Positions 9,623 through 18,792 of a DNA stretch of 64,000 nt are shown here, piece after piece. The position numbers and the translations under genes are program-made. The DNA comes from a virus. The stretch spans positions 12,205-76,204 of IMG/VR virus record IMGVR_UViG_3300010162_000535. The stretch is one strand, 5' to 3'. Position 1 is the first letter of the stretch, and each line of letters begins with the position of its first letter. Under the pieces are notes generated by a model, which was not told the DNA's origin, did no database searches, and saw only the letters and a list, made by a program, of their open reading frames with translations.

Positions 9623-9874
9623 TTAATCCTCTATAGCGTCCAACTCGAGCCTGTCCTCCCTGTACCGACTACAACCATAACACTCAAAGACTTTATAGCC
9701 TGGCTTGCAATGAGAGTAAATTCCCAAATTTTCTGCCTTGACACACTCCATACACCAATAAATTTCACAACACTCAAAATAAATCCACTGACCAGCAGCC
9801 AGGGAATTACCACACTCACTACAAATGTCAGGTTCCGAACTAGCCGCTGCGGCCGCCACACATACTTTACTCAT
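9623..9874 (-). CDS. Small Cys-rich (zinc-finger-like) protein
   Basis: CSEC, CCE, CMEC and CYGC pairs. Confidence 0.6.
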   Translation of the reverse strand: MSKVCVAAAAASSEPDICSECGNSLAAGQWIYFECCEIYWCMECVKAENLGIYSHCKPGYKVFECYGCSRYREDRLELDAIED

Positions 9875-10167
9875 AATTTACCCTCCACAAGCTGCTTTAG
9901 CTTAAATTCAGCTTCCTTTTTGGTCTTAGCCCACCGACAACTACTAAATAAACAATATTTCCCTAAGCTAGCTTCATCATAGCCAGAAATATCGTCATAT
10001 TTAACTAACACACATTTCTGTATCTTGTCCTCATTTAAAGACAGCTTAGTCATCTTTACTTTAACAACTTTCTTGATGGCATCTAAAACAACCCAGCCGT
10101 CAAAGAACTGCTTATCCTCTAAACCGCCCCAAAGCCAAATTGGGTATGCATAATAATCTACTGACAT
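9871..10167 (-). CDS. Hypothetical protein
   Basis: 98-aa ORF overlapping both neighbours by 4-10 nt. Confidence 0.55.
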   Translation of the reverse strand: MSVDYYAYPIWLWGGLEDKQFFDGWVVLDAIKKVVKVKMTKLSLNEDKIQKCVLVKYDDISGYDEASLGKYCLFSSCRWAKTKKEAEFKLKQLVEGKL

Positions 10168-11084
10168 ATTCTTTTAAGTTCTTGTTGAAGAATTTTACTA
10201 CAAATACGCTCTAACGTTAAATACTTCTCACAAAATTGTTTCATTCGCCGCCGCCAAGCAAAACATTCCTCTTCAGAAATAGATGTGACAATTTTAGGTA
10301 TTTCAGCTAGCTTATCGGGCGTAACCACTATAACTAAGTTTTTCCAATCAACCTCGTCTTCGTACGGAAAAATAGGTTGGTCAGTAATATAGATCGGGAT
10401 TGTCCCGGCAGCTAAAGCTTCGTATATTCTATAAGTAGTTGGGCCGCAGCCTCTTGGGCACAAGGCAAAAGAAGCATTTCGCAATTCCTCTAAATAATCC
10501 GTGTACCTTAATTTCTCAGTCCATTTAACAAAGTCACAACATTTACTGAACTCATTGCTTTTTAGTCGTACCCAATGCGGGCTCTCGCCGCCAAGACAAT
10601 AAAGAATTAACGTTCGCTTAATATCGCTTAAACTGGCCATCTGATAATGTCGCAGCTCTCTTACATGTACTAGCGGTATTATACTATGTTCTGGCGTATG
10701 ATCTACATCACAACTGTTATAGCCGCCGCCGCAGTAAAGAAAGAAATTTTTTGGATGCTTAATAAACGGCGATTGATCCATATTCCTTGTTACAGCCGAG
10801 CTAAAGTAATTAAAAGCATCACTGCAGCTGTCAAAAATTTCTTGCAATTGCTCAAAATAAATTTTACTAATTGCGGAAGTATGGTGGCGCAGCTCCCAGG
10901 CCTGAGACCATTGAATAGGTAAATAAACTGACTTTAACTCAGCTCCTTCCTTGATGCGCTGAATAATATGCGCTGTATAGTCCATAGGGAAAATACCTGG
11001 ACGAATATTTATACGATTAAATTCATCCAGCCTCTCTTTACACAACTCAAAAATACGTTCTTGTTCTTTTTGTATTTCAGTCAT
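10158..11084 (-). CDS. Exostosin-family (GT47) glycosyltransferase
   Basis: YLEELRNASFALCPRGCGPTTYRIYEALAAGTIPIYITDQPIFPYEDEVDW is the typical exostosin C-terminal signature. Confidence 0.85.
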   Translation of the reverse strand: MTEIQKEQERIFELCKERLDEFNRINIRPGIFPMDYTAHIIQRIKEGAELKSVYLPIQWSQAWELRHHTSAISKIYFEQLQEIFDSCSDAFNYFSSAVTRNMDQSPFIKHPKNFFLYCGGGYNSCDVDHTPEHSIIPLVHVRELRHYQMASLSDIKRTLILYCLGGESPHWVRLKSNEFSKCCDFVKWTEKLRYTDYLEELRNASFALCPRGCGPTTYRIYEALAAGTIPIYITDQPIFPYEDEVDWKNLVIVVTPDKLAEIPKIVTSISEEECFAWRRRMKQFCEKYLTLERICSKILQQELKRICQ

Positions 11085-12016
11085 TAGATGTTTGGGTGCG
11101 CAGAGTAAATGATGTCGGACGCTGGAATATGCTTTAGCTGAACTTGATACACTAGCGCTACGCTACGCTGCTGACATATTGTTTTACGCCCAACTACTCG
11201 GTATCTTTCCGAAGTGGTAGCGTCAATCCACACATCATTCTGATTGGGCGAGTATAACGAAGTAATTCTACCTTGAATCGGATTGTCATCAATCGGGCCT
11301 CGAAAATCATCTAGCTTATCGCTATTGGCATCTATTGCTGTAATTTCCATCCCACACTCAATGGGATTAAAATAACCACCAATAAAGCTAGTTCCAAGAC
11401 AAATTGGACACTGATCCCTTTTATTAATGTCTGTTAGTAAATCATTACACACATTGCATTTTACCCCTAACCATTTACGTTTCAAAAGAAATCCAGGCGA
11501 TTTATGATATAGCTGCCTATTTTCAGCTCGAATAATTCTAAGCGCAGTCCTATACTCCGTAAAAGATAATTTAGAGAATAATGTAGTTGGTTGCGATTCA
11601 TAAGTTTTAAGCGGCCCTTTTAAAACCAACTTATAAGCCCCGCCCATACGCTGCCCATGATGCCGTTTCACTGTGTCAGCAAGCTTAAACTGAATATCTC
11701 CTTCATAAACTAACAGCCATGAATCTTCAGCTAAATCAAATTTACTATAGAATAATTGAAGTACTGTATTTGGATGCAATGCTTCCGTAAAATTTCTATT
11801 TTGCTGCCAAGTTATAATAGTTGATCCTTCAACTGATGGCCACACATCAAGCTTGTAGAACGGCGTAAAAGCCACTCTCTCTATCTGAATCGCCGGATCC
11901 CTGACCTGTTGATCTATTGGATGTAATTCAAGAGGTTTTGGCGTTTCAGCTATAATGCGCTCCGGTTTTGTATACGGCGAGCTAGCTCGGAAGTGTTCAA
12001 GTGTTCTGACGGGCAT
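11084..12016 (-). CDS. Putative neck/head-completion protein
   Basis: FLLKRKWLGVKCNVC...CPICLGTSFIGGYF, followed by a beta-rich C-terminus (NDVWID...RYRV); resembles jumbo-phage neck proteins. Inference. Confidence 0.5.
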   Translation of the reverse strand: MPVRTLEHFRASSPYTKPERIIAETPKPLELHPIDQQVRDPAIQIERVAFTPFYKLDVWPSVEGSTIITWQQNRNFTEALHPNTVLQLFYSKFDLAEDSWLLVYEGDIQFKLADTVKRHHGQRMGGAYKLVLKGPLKTYESQPTTLFSKLSFTEYRTALRIIRAENRQLYHKSPGFLLKRKWLGVKCNVCNDLLTDINKRDQCPICLGTSFIGGYFNPIECGMEITAIDANSDKLDDFRGPIDDNPIQGRITSLYSPNQNDVWIDATTSERYRVVGRKTICQQRSVALVYQVQLKHIPASDIIYSAHPNI

Positions 12017-12037
12017 AATTAAATTATAACATTAGCT

Positions 12038-12064
12038 AAAAAAAAGGAGCTATAAGCTAGCTCC
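12038..12064 (-). terminator. Rho-independent terminator
   Basis: Minus strand GGAGC-9nt-GCTCC then T8, right after the TAG at 12074. Confidence 0.8.
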
Positions 12065-12073
12065 CTTCTAGCG

Positions 12074-12469
12074 CTACACTCCTGGCGAATCCTCAATCAT
12101 TTTTGAGATCCAATACCATTGACTGGTACGTAGATCCGAGGGCACCGGATAAGTAACTAGTGGGTTACTCCCGTCTATGTGGCGAAGAATGTTTTTATCC
12201 GCGTCAAATTCAACGCGGATTAGCGTTGAATTGTGAGTAAGCCCGAACCAGTAAGAGCCACTGACCAGCGGCTTTCCCCCGAGCACAATTAATGAAAAAT
12301 TTTCTTTCTCACTGCTCTCGCGCGAGAAAGTAATTTCTTCAGCTCCACAATTTTCTGATAGCGGGTCATATGCGGCCGCTAAGGTCTCAGCTAAGCGCGT
12401 GTCTTGTGCCGAAATGATCTCGGCTCCCTCAAGATCTGCTGCGTAGCCGAAATTGCTTGTATCAGTCAT
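12074..12469 (-). CDS. Hypothetical protein with its own promoter motif, SD and terminator
   Basis: 131 aa; GGAAAGGA upstream of the ATG; flanked by terminators. Confidence 0.7.
   Translation of the reverse strand: MTDTSNFGYAADLEGAEIISAQDTRLAETLAAAYDPLSENCGAEEITFSRESSEKENFSLIVLGGKPLVSGSYWFGLTHNSTLIRVEFDADKNILRHIDGSNPLVTYPVPSDLRTSQWYWISKMIEDSPGV
12316..12328. repeat. Palindrome TCTCGCGCGAGA(A), copy 2 of 5
   Basis: Exact match inside a CDS (codons F-S-R-E-S). Confidence 0.9.
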
Positions 12470-12509
12470 TTAGAATTCCTTTCCTTTAAGGTCACGGCGA
12501 AATTACCGT

Positions 12510-12524
12510 TCAAGATTTTTTACC
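12510..12524 (-). promoter_or_regulatory. Conserved promoter-like motif GGTAAAAAATCTTGA
   Basis: Matches the GGYA-NN-WAW-NNN-TGW consensus found upstream of the 34.7-40.7 kb genes. Confidence 0.6.
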
Positions 12525-12548
12525 TTAAAAGTCAGTTTATTTAAGTAT

Positions 12549-12584
12549 AAAAAAAGAGCGCCGGTAAACCCCTAAACCGACGCC
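12549..12584 (-). terminator. Rho-independent terminator
   Basis: GGCGTCGGT-loop-ACCGGCGCT then C and T7. Confidence 0.75.
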
Positions 12585-12621
12585 CCACGTTAGTGCCAGA
12601 AAGGACAAACAACACTAACTA

Positions 12622-12957
12622 CTATCTTGCGCTTGCGCAGCTATACTGCACTCTAATTTCGTCACACTCTTCATTTGGATTAACTTGTACGCCCTCATTA
12701 AAATACTTAAGGGTACTAATACCGCTCCAGCCAGCTTGCTTGTTGAACTCTTTCTCAGCTAGCTCAATGACATAATTCTTAACCGGATCCATGTTAAAAA
12801 ATTGCTCATAGTCATTTACTGGACTAGGATCGTCTTTAACCAACGGAAGACCAAGAGTAATAAGACATTTATTACTATTAAGCCCGCCGTCTCGTTTGAT
12901 CTCAACCACTGTAATTTGTTTAATCCTAGCTTCTACTGATTTAATATCCCAAGTCAT
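12622..12957 (-). CDS. Hypothetical protein
   Basis: 111 aa, tiled, followed by a terminator. Confidence 0.6.
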   Translation of the reverse strand: MTWDIKSVEARIKQITVVEIKRDGGLNSNKCLITLGLPLVKDDPSPVNDYEQFFNMDPVKNYVIELAEKEFNKQAGWSGISTLKYFNEGVQVNPNEECDEIRVQYSCASAR

Positions 12958-12964
12958 TCTTTTG

Positions 12965-13261
12965 TTACCTCGTTACTGTTATTTTATTCCCCCTCACGCC
13001 CATATATTGTATCGTAATTTTTTCTGTAGTGTTAGAAAGTCTTTTAAATTCATCAAAATCACTTTCAGGGATAGTAGCTAAAATCTTTGCGATTTCATTA
13101 ATATTATTAGAAAAATTTTGAGTAGCTGCTCCCTGACCACACCCAGCACATTTCTCAGGCTGTACCCGCCAACTAGCTGACAATCCTCTCAGAAATGGAA
13201 AGCGAGCCACTACCTCCGGATAGCGCGTCAACCCAACCAGCCAATTTGACGTTAATCTCAT
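12965..13261 (-). CDS. Hypothetical protein with CxxC
   Basis: 98 aa; PEKCAGCGQ. Confidence 0.6.
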   Translation of the reverse strand: MRLTSNWLVGLTRYPEVVARFPFLRGLSASWRVQPEKCAGCGQGAATQNFSNNINEIAKILATIPESDFDEFKRLSNTTEKITIQYMGVRGNKITVTR

Positions 13262-13272
13262 TCGTAACTATT

Positions 13273-14052
13273 TTACCCATAAATACCTGCCTGCCTATCC
13301 CTAATTAACTGATGCAGCTGAGGATATTTTGCCTCTAGCGCCCTCAAAGCTCGTCTATTGCCGCCGCCTCTAAAATTGTCAAACATTAATGTACTATCAC
13401 CTGCATGCTTAAACTCAAATATATTTGACCACAATTTACTCGCCCCCGCTAAGAAATGTTTTGTACCTTTCAATACCGCCATAGCCCAAAACCACATATC
13501 GTCAGCTGTAGGCGCAATTTCCTTAAAAAGCTGGCTATTAGCTACATCAGCATAAAAGGAATTAGGCGGATACAAAATCATCCCAACACCTAGCGGAAAG
13601 GCAGCTGGATATATTCCTTTTCCAAGTATGGACTGCCACTCTCGATACAGCTTAAATTGAGTATCAGCCTCAAATTCTATTTGTCGCATGCATGTGCCGA
13701 CTATGCAAGCTGGATTTTCAGCACTATGTTTAACTAAGTGCTCGACACTATCAAGAGCATAAAAACAATCATCATCCGCTGTAATAATCGTATCATCGGG
13801 AAACTCCTGTAAAGCCCAAACTAGCTTTGAATACGACTTAATTGGTTCATACCCTTCTCTAATTTCAAGACCAGCTATATTTTTTAACTCAGCTGTTGCA
13901 GCATCATTTGTGTCTAAATAAAGAATTACTTTGTCAGCTTTATGCGTTTGATTAAGCAAGCTATAAATCGCATGCGGGGCCGATTCAGCTAATCTGCGAC
14001 CATGACTTGTTAAAGAAATTATTAATTTACCACTCATAAAAAAATTGCTCAA
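13273..14052 (-). CDS. GT-A fold glycosyltransferase (GT2-like)
   Basis: LIISLTSHGRR...SLLNQ...ADKVILYL...SYSKLVWAL...IITADDDCFY...ADDMWF; paralog of 22362..23168. Confidence 0.85.
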   Translation of the reverse strand: MSNFFMSGKLIISLTSHGRRLAESAPHAIYSLLNQTHKADKVILYLDTNDAATAELKNIAGLEIREGYEPIKSYSKLVWALQEFPDDTIITADDDCFYALDSVEHLVKHSAENPACIVGTCMRQIEFEADTQFKLYREWQSILGKGIYPAAFPLGVGMILYPPNSFYADVANSQLFKEIAPTADDMWFWAMAVLKGTKHFLAGASKLWSNIFEFKHAGDSTLMFDNFRGGGNRRALRALEAKYPQLHQLIRDRQAGIYG

Positions 14053-14734
14053 AATCGTCTCGATTTATTTGCTCAATAGCTTTTCTCGAAGTTTCATTCA
14101 ATATATCCCTATAAGATAATTGCTTACTAAATGTAGTAAAAATACGCTCAGTAACTTTGGTTATTATAGGGAAGCTAGAGCGTAGCTTATTAATCCGCTC
14201 GGACACCTGCCTAATAATAAGGTCTAATCCTTCTTCAAATCTAAATATTTCAATTGACGGGTCAATTTTATTGTCTGCCCACAAATACCCACACATGGGC
14301 TGCGTCACATACGGCCACGCACCGCGACCGCCTTCATACAGTAAAAATTCATTTATATTCTTAAAGGGCTTATTTTTGCGTAAATCAACTGCCCAACCTT
14401 CCTTAAACTCGCTATTAGGGTCAGCCATTTTTTCAAAATGATAATAGCTAGAGAGGGTTTTACTAAATGGATTGCGGACAATTGCAAATTTATAGTATGT
14501 GTCCCAAATTTCTGGCCCAAGCAATTGTTGCAGTTCATGTGCCTTGGCGTGCTTTAGCCCAAAGTGCAAGCCGTCAGCTAACCTACCGCGCGGCCCTTCA
14601 GCTGATGGAGTGCGCCCAAAGGGGCAGGATAAAGACAGCACACCATCCATTGTACTAAATTGTTTCTCAATACTTGTCCCACCTGTCTTAGGCAAATGAA
14701 TAAATAGAAATTTATATTTATGCGAAATTATCAT
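14027..14734 (-). CDS. Sulfotransferase (Sulfotransfer_2 family)
   Basis: FIHLPKTGGTSI (5'-PSB loop), FAIVRNPF...LSSYY (3'-PB) and C-terminal YRDIL...DDFEQF. Confidence 0.9.
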   Translation of the reverse strand: MIISHKYKFLFIHLPKTGGTSIEKQFSTMDGVLSLSCPFGRTPSAEGPRGRLADGLHFGLKHAKAHELQQLLGPEIWDTYYKFAIVRNPFSKTLSSYYHFEKMADPNSEFKEGWAVDLRKNKPFKNINEFLLYEGGRGAWPYVTQPMCGYLWADNKIDPSIEIFRFEEGLDLIIRQVSERINKLRSSFPIITKVTERIFTTFSKQLSYRDILNETSRKAIEQINRDDFEQFFYEW

Positions 14735-15543
14735 AATGGCTTACTTAAATGATTACTTATTTGCGCCCAATAAGCTGGCGGCGCCTGTGACTGCTCCATA
14801 TACTCTAAATAAGTCTCACAAAGATTGCACTCAGCAAAAGGATAGAGATGTAAATATTCTCTAACGGCGGTGAGATTTGCAGAAGATAAATCAAGCCCAG
14901 CAAATGGCGCTAACTTCTTGTAATAATCGTCATGTATTGGAGTTCCGTCTTTTTTACCATAATGAAGAAACAGCATCCTAGCTGCATGTCTGGGACAGCG
15001 ATAAAGCTTACCTTTGTGTACTACTTTATTATGGCGTGGCGGACAATTTACCGAAAAATCCCTCTCTTCAGATAAAGAGATTAAAGGCATGTCAGCAAAT
15101 CTCTTTTCTACATAATCGTACTTAAAGCCTTCAGCAGTTAGCCAATCTCGCATATTAACTAAATTCCGGTCATAGCCTCGGCCATGTGGCGTAATTATAA
15201 GATAGAACAATGGATATTTCTCATATAACTCAGCTATCCGATCTTTGAAAAGAAATAGCTGAGTTCCATTAGTAGCGATGCTTATTTGCGTATTTATGGA
15301 GAAATAGTCATAAATACTTTCAACGGCCTCAAATATTTTGTCATGTAAAAATGGCTCGCCGCCATTTAAGCGCACTTCATCTGGAACTAAAAAATTAGAA
15401 GCTAGCTGAAGGTCATCCGATATTTCCTGTAACGGCAGCTCCCAATCCTGTAAAGGACTGAAATGAGCGCAGCCACGACAGCTCAAATTACATTTACTTG
15501 TAATTTGTAGCTCCAGTCTAGCTATTCTGACTAATTTATTCAT
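14731..15543 (-). CDS. Radical SAM protein
   Basis: LELQITSKCNLSCRGCAHFS (CxxxCxxC), LNGGEPFLH, IATNG; C-terminal CxxC. Confidence 0.9.
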   Translation of the reverse strand: MNKLVRIARLELQITSKCNLSCRGCAHFSPLQDWELPLQEISDDLQLASNFLVPDEVRLNGGEPFLHDKIFEAVESIYDYFSINTQISIATNGTQLFLFKDRIAELYEKYPLFYLIITPHGRGYDRNLVNMRDWLTAEGFKYDYVEKRFADMPLISLSEERDFSVNCPPRHNKVVHKGKLYRCPRHAARMLFLHYGKKDGTPIHDDYYKKLAPFAGLDLSSANLTAVREYLHLYPFAECNLCETYLEYMEQSQAPPAYWAQISNHLSKPL

Positions 15544-15772
15544 AAGGTTTAATTTTGCCAGGCTTTAAATTTAAGAGTCCTTTTTGTTCTTCGATAAGTC
15601 GCCGCTGCTCTTTCAAGTAGTTCCTGCCACTTAGTACAGGACATATTTCGGGCTCACTAACACGCTGTTCAAGTAAGACAAGCCGATCTGTTAAATCTAA
15701 CAAAGCTACCGCCTGAGCATTTTGTACTCGTACAATCTCAATTAATTTAGCTGTCAATTCCCAATCGTTCAT
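15536..15772 (-). CDS. Small coiled-coil hypothetical protein
   Basis: 78 aa, heptad-like; overlaps the next gene. Confidence 0.55.
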   Translation of the reverse strand: MNDWELTAKLIEIVRVQNAQAVALLDLTDRLVLLEQRVSEPEICPVLSGRNYLKEQRRLIEEQKGLLNLKPGKIKPYE

Positions 15773-15809
15773 ATGTTGTATTTTACCGTATCTTAGCTAG
15801 ACTTTAACT

Positions 15810-16121
15810 ATGGCGGTTAATCTTAAATACAACATCAGAAAGCTGAAGTGTATTTTGCATTTAGGGCGGGCATGCTGGAACTGCGGATATAATCGTTGCC
15901 TTGATGCTTTAGACTTTCATCATCTGCCCGAATATGAAAAGTTGTATGACATTAGCTGGGGCATTAAACGTTATCCTTTTGAACACGTAATGGTCGAGCT
16001 AGAGAAATGCGCCCTTTTGTGCGCTAACTGCCATAGAGAAACACACGCTAATTTAGGAAAATGGCAGCTGAGGGATATTGATAAAGACGAGCTATTTGAG
16101 AAGTACGGAGCTGAGTTTTAA
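15810..16121 (+). CDS. Free-standing HNH endonuclease inserted against the grain of the cluster
   Basis: CWNCG...ALDFHH...ELEKCALLCANCHRETH. Confidence 0.85.
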   Translation: MAVNLKYNIRKLKCILHLGRACWNCGYNRCLDALDFHHLPEYEKLYDISWGIKRYPFEHVMVELEKCALLCANCHRETHANLGKWQLRDIDKDELFEKYGAEF

Positions 16122-17146
16122 GTCTCGCGCGAGAAAACATCATTTTCTAACGCCCATTGATATGTCTTTCTTATTCCTTCCCGAATTTGTGTCATCTTAG
16201 CTGGGCGCTCAATAATACTGAAAAGCCTGCTATCGTCTAATTCACGTAAAGGCGCACCATCAGGCTTAATATTGTCATAAGTCATTAAACCTTTATAGCC
16301 AATTACTTCAGCTATAGTCTGAGCTAAATTGTGAATAGACAGCTTAATTGATCCGCCTATATTGTAAATACATCTTGTTCCTCGTGCCCAAGTATAATTT
16401 TTAAGCATTGGAACTTCCATAAGTCGGACAGCAATATCGGCTAAATCGTCAACATATAGAAATTCTCGAACAGCTTTACCGCTTCCCCACAGAGAAACAA
16501 CATCTGCATTCGACAATTTAGCTCGGTGAAACTTCCTAATTAAAGCTGGAAGTACGTGACTACTTTGTGGATCAAAATTGTCGTTAGGCCCATAAAGATT
16601 ACAAGGTACAAGAGTATAGTATTGCGTGTCATATTGTTTGTTATACATCTGACACATTTTAGCTGCCGTGACTTTAGCTACCGCATAACCCTCATTAGTA
16701 GGTTCAAAAAGACCATTACAAATTGATTCTTCTTTTATTGGAGTCGGTGCTTCTCTAGGATACATACAAACACTGCCTAGATTAAGTAGTTTCTTTACTC
16801 CGTATTTATGCGCCGCATGAATTATATTTGCAGAAATCATGAGATTGTCGTACAAGAATTCAGCTTGCGCATTGTTGTTAGCTAGAATACCACCTACTTT
16901 AGCCGCACAATTAAAAACAACATCCGGACGGATGTTATTGATTATGTAACAAGCTAAATCCTTTTCCCTCAAGTCATGTACACGACTGTTCTCTTCTGGA
17001 AAAAGTTTCGGCTGCTTTTCTAAATATGAACTCCAAGTTCTTTCCGTAAAAACATTCTCATAACCTTTTTCCTTAAGATTGCGGATAATAGCTGAACCAA
17101 CCAACCCTGTGTGCCCAGCTACGTAAATTCGATCTTTTTTATTCAT
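16118..17146 (-). CDS. fcl: GDP-L-fucose synthase
   Basis: IYVAGHTGLVGSAI, AAKVGGILANN, LGSVCMYP, YAVAK (YxxxK), PCNLYGPNDNF, WGSGKAVREFLYVDDLA. Confidence 0.95.
   Translation of the reverse strand: MNKKDRIYVAGHTGLVGSAIIRNLKEKGYENVFTERTWSSYLEKQPKLFPEENSRVHDLREKDLACYIINNIRPDVVFNCAAKVGGILANNNAQAEFLYDNLMISANIIHAAHKYGVKKLLNLGSVCMYPREAPTPIKEESICNGLFEPTNEGYAVAKVTAAKMCQMYNKQYDTQYYTLVPCNLYGPNDNFDPQSSHVLPALIRKFHRAKLSNADVVSLWGSGKAVREFLYVDDLADIAVRLMEVPMLKNYTWARGTRCIYNIGGSIKLSIHNLAQTIAEVIGYKGLMTYDNIKPDGAPLRELDDSRLFSIIERPAKMTQIREGIRKTYQWALENDVFSRET
16123..16135. repeat. Palindrome TCTCGCGCGAGA(A), copy 3 of 5
   Basis: Exact match at the fcl 3' end, 2 bp past the HNH stop. Confidence 0.9.
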
Positions 17147-17182
17147 AAAATGATTATAACTAAAAATTCAAAATCTTCAACT

Positions 17183-17863
17183 TTACCACTCATAACCTAA
17201 AAGCTCAAAATCTCTTTTATAAAACACTTCAATTACGTCACGAGCCTCACAATTAATTACTTCACGATAATTACGCCGACACTGACGCGCCTTAGTGTTA
17301 ACTTGTTGCGATAACACACTAATAATAGGAAATTCTTTATCTTTTTTTTGGATATTTTTACTTATCGTTGTTACCGCATTATTCAACCCATCTTCAAATT
17401 TAAATATTTCACAATCAATTCTATCGTCGACATATATATATTCTATTTGTGAACGAAGTGCTTCATCTTTAAGTTTTAAAAATTTTTCAGTTAAAAGCCT
17501 AATAATCCATGAATTTAAATCAAGAATATCCTTACCATTAAGCATCATTAGTTTAACTAACCAAGGTTCACTACAATAGCCACACATGGCCCTAAAAAAC
17601 CAATACATACTTATAATGCGATCAAATGGATTACGTACTATACTAAAACGATAATAAGAATTATAAATTTCATTACCCCACAACCATTTAATAAAATTTA
17701 AGTCAGCATGTTTATAGACAGCTATAGACGGTTTATCAAAAAAATTAAACACTTCGCCAGATAATACGCATGCTTCACAAATATTAAATTCAGCTTCAAT
17801 ACTAGTGCCAGCTGTCTTAGGAATATGAACAAAAATATATTTAGACTTATGCGAAATTATCAT
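17183..17863 (-). CDS. Sulfotransferase (Sulfotransfer_2 family)
   Basis: FVHIPKTAGTSI, FSIVRNPFDRIISMY, YREVI...DFELLGY. Confidence 0.9.
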   Translation of the reverse strand: MIISHKSKYIFVHIPKTAGTSIEAEFNICEACVLSGEVFNFFDKPSIAVYKHADLNFIKWLWGNEIYNSYYRFSIVRNPFDRIISMYWFFRAMCGYCSEPWLVKLMMLNGKDILDLNSWIIRLLTEKFLKLKDEALRSQIEYIYVDDRIDCEIFKFEDGLNNAVTTISKNIQKKDKEFPIISVLSQQVNTKARQCRRNYREVINCEARDVIEVFYKRDFELLGYEW

Positions 17864-18792
17864 ATTTTAACTTTCTCTAATATAGCTCTAACAGCATTAT
17901 GATAAACCAACATACTATAATCATCTTCCTTACTCTGATTATCTAGTCCTTTAAAATAATCTACATTGTGCTCTATGCCATTAAAACGATTTTTACATCT
18001 ACTATGACGCATAACCCAGTCTTCTAAACTACCAGTGATATAATGCGCTATATTTGACGACTGACTCAACGATATGAAACTTGTTTTATTGTAATGAAGC
18101 TGCTCAATATTTTTCCAATCTTGAAGAGGCTTATCTGAAATTAATAAACCATTTGCATCACGTGTACATCCATCAATCGTTTTGCAAAAATGAATAAAAC
18201 ACCAACGATCATTTTTAACAAGCCTATCTACTTTAATAATAGATTTAAATTGAGCTGGTTTTAGCATATAGCTATTAATCAAAGGCATTCGTTTTGTTAA
18301 TGCCGACAATCGTGTATTAGGTAATTTAATTGTCCTAACATTATTATTAGATCCATAAATTTTCCACCAAAACAATATCTGACTTGTATCTAAAGCAAAA
18401 GTATCAATAATATCATTAATTTTACGTTGCTTAAAATCATAAAATAATTCATCGACATCCCAAATAGCCAACCACTCAACTTCTTTACTAACCAAATCAT
18501 AAATCAAATTATAGGCTTTTTCTTGAAAATCCCAACCAGGATTGTTATTAACATAAGGCAATATCACTACCTTATCTAAGACAAACTGTGGTAAATTCAT
18601 TATTTTATTAAACGTATTATCTATTTCGCCATCAATTTTATGCAATACAACTAGTATCTTATCAAAACCTATTAAATAATGATGAACAATCCATTCTTGA
18701 ATATACGCTTCTTCTAATCTAGCTACACAACCAATAGCTGACTTATAACGTTTTTTACACATTGCTTTATTACAGACTAGCGACTCGATCAC
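17860..18792 (-). CDS. GT-A glycosyltransferase (GT2/GT92-like)
   Basis: IGCVARLEEAYIQEWIVHHYLIGFDKI, WLAIWDVDELF, FKSII, IAHY. Confidence 0.8.
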   Translation of the reverse strand: MIESLVCNKAMCKKRYKSAIGCVARLEEAYIQEWIVHHYLIGFDKILVVLHKIDGEIDNTFNKIMNLPQFVLDKVVILPYVNNNPGWDFQEKAYNLIYDLVSKEVEWLAIWDVDELFYDFKQRKINDIIDTFALDTSQILFWWKIYGSNNNVRTIKLPNTRLSALTKRMPLINSYMLKPAQFKSIIKVDRLVKNDRWCFIHFCKTIDGCTRDANGLLISDKPLQDWKNIEQLHYNKTSFISLSQSSNIAHYITGSLEDWVMRHSRCKNRFNGIEHNVDYFKGLDNQSKEDDYSMLVYHNAVRAILEKVKI

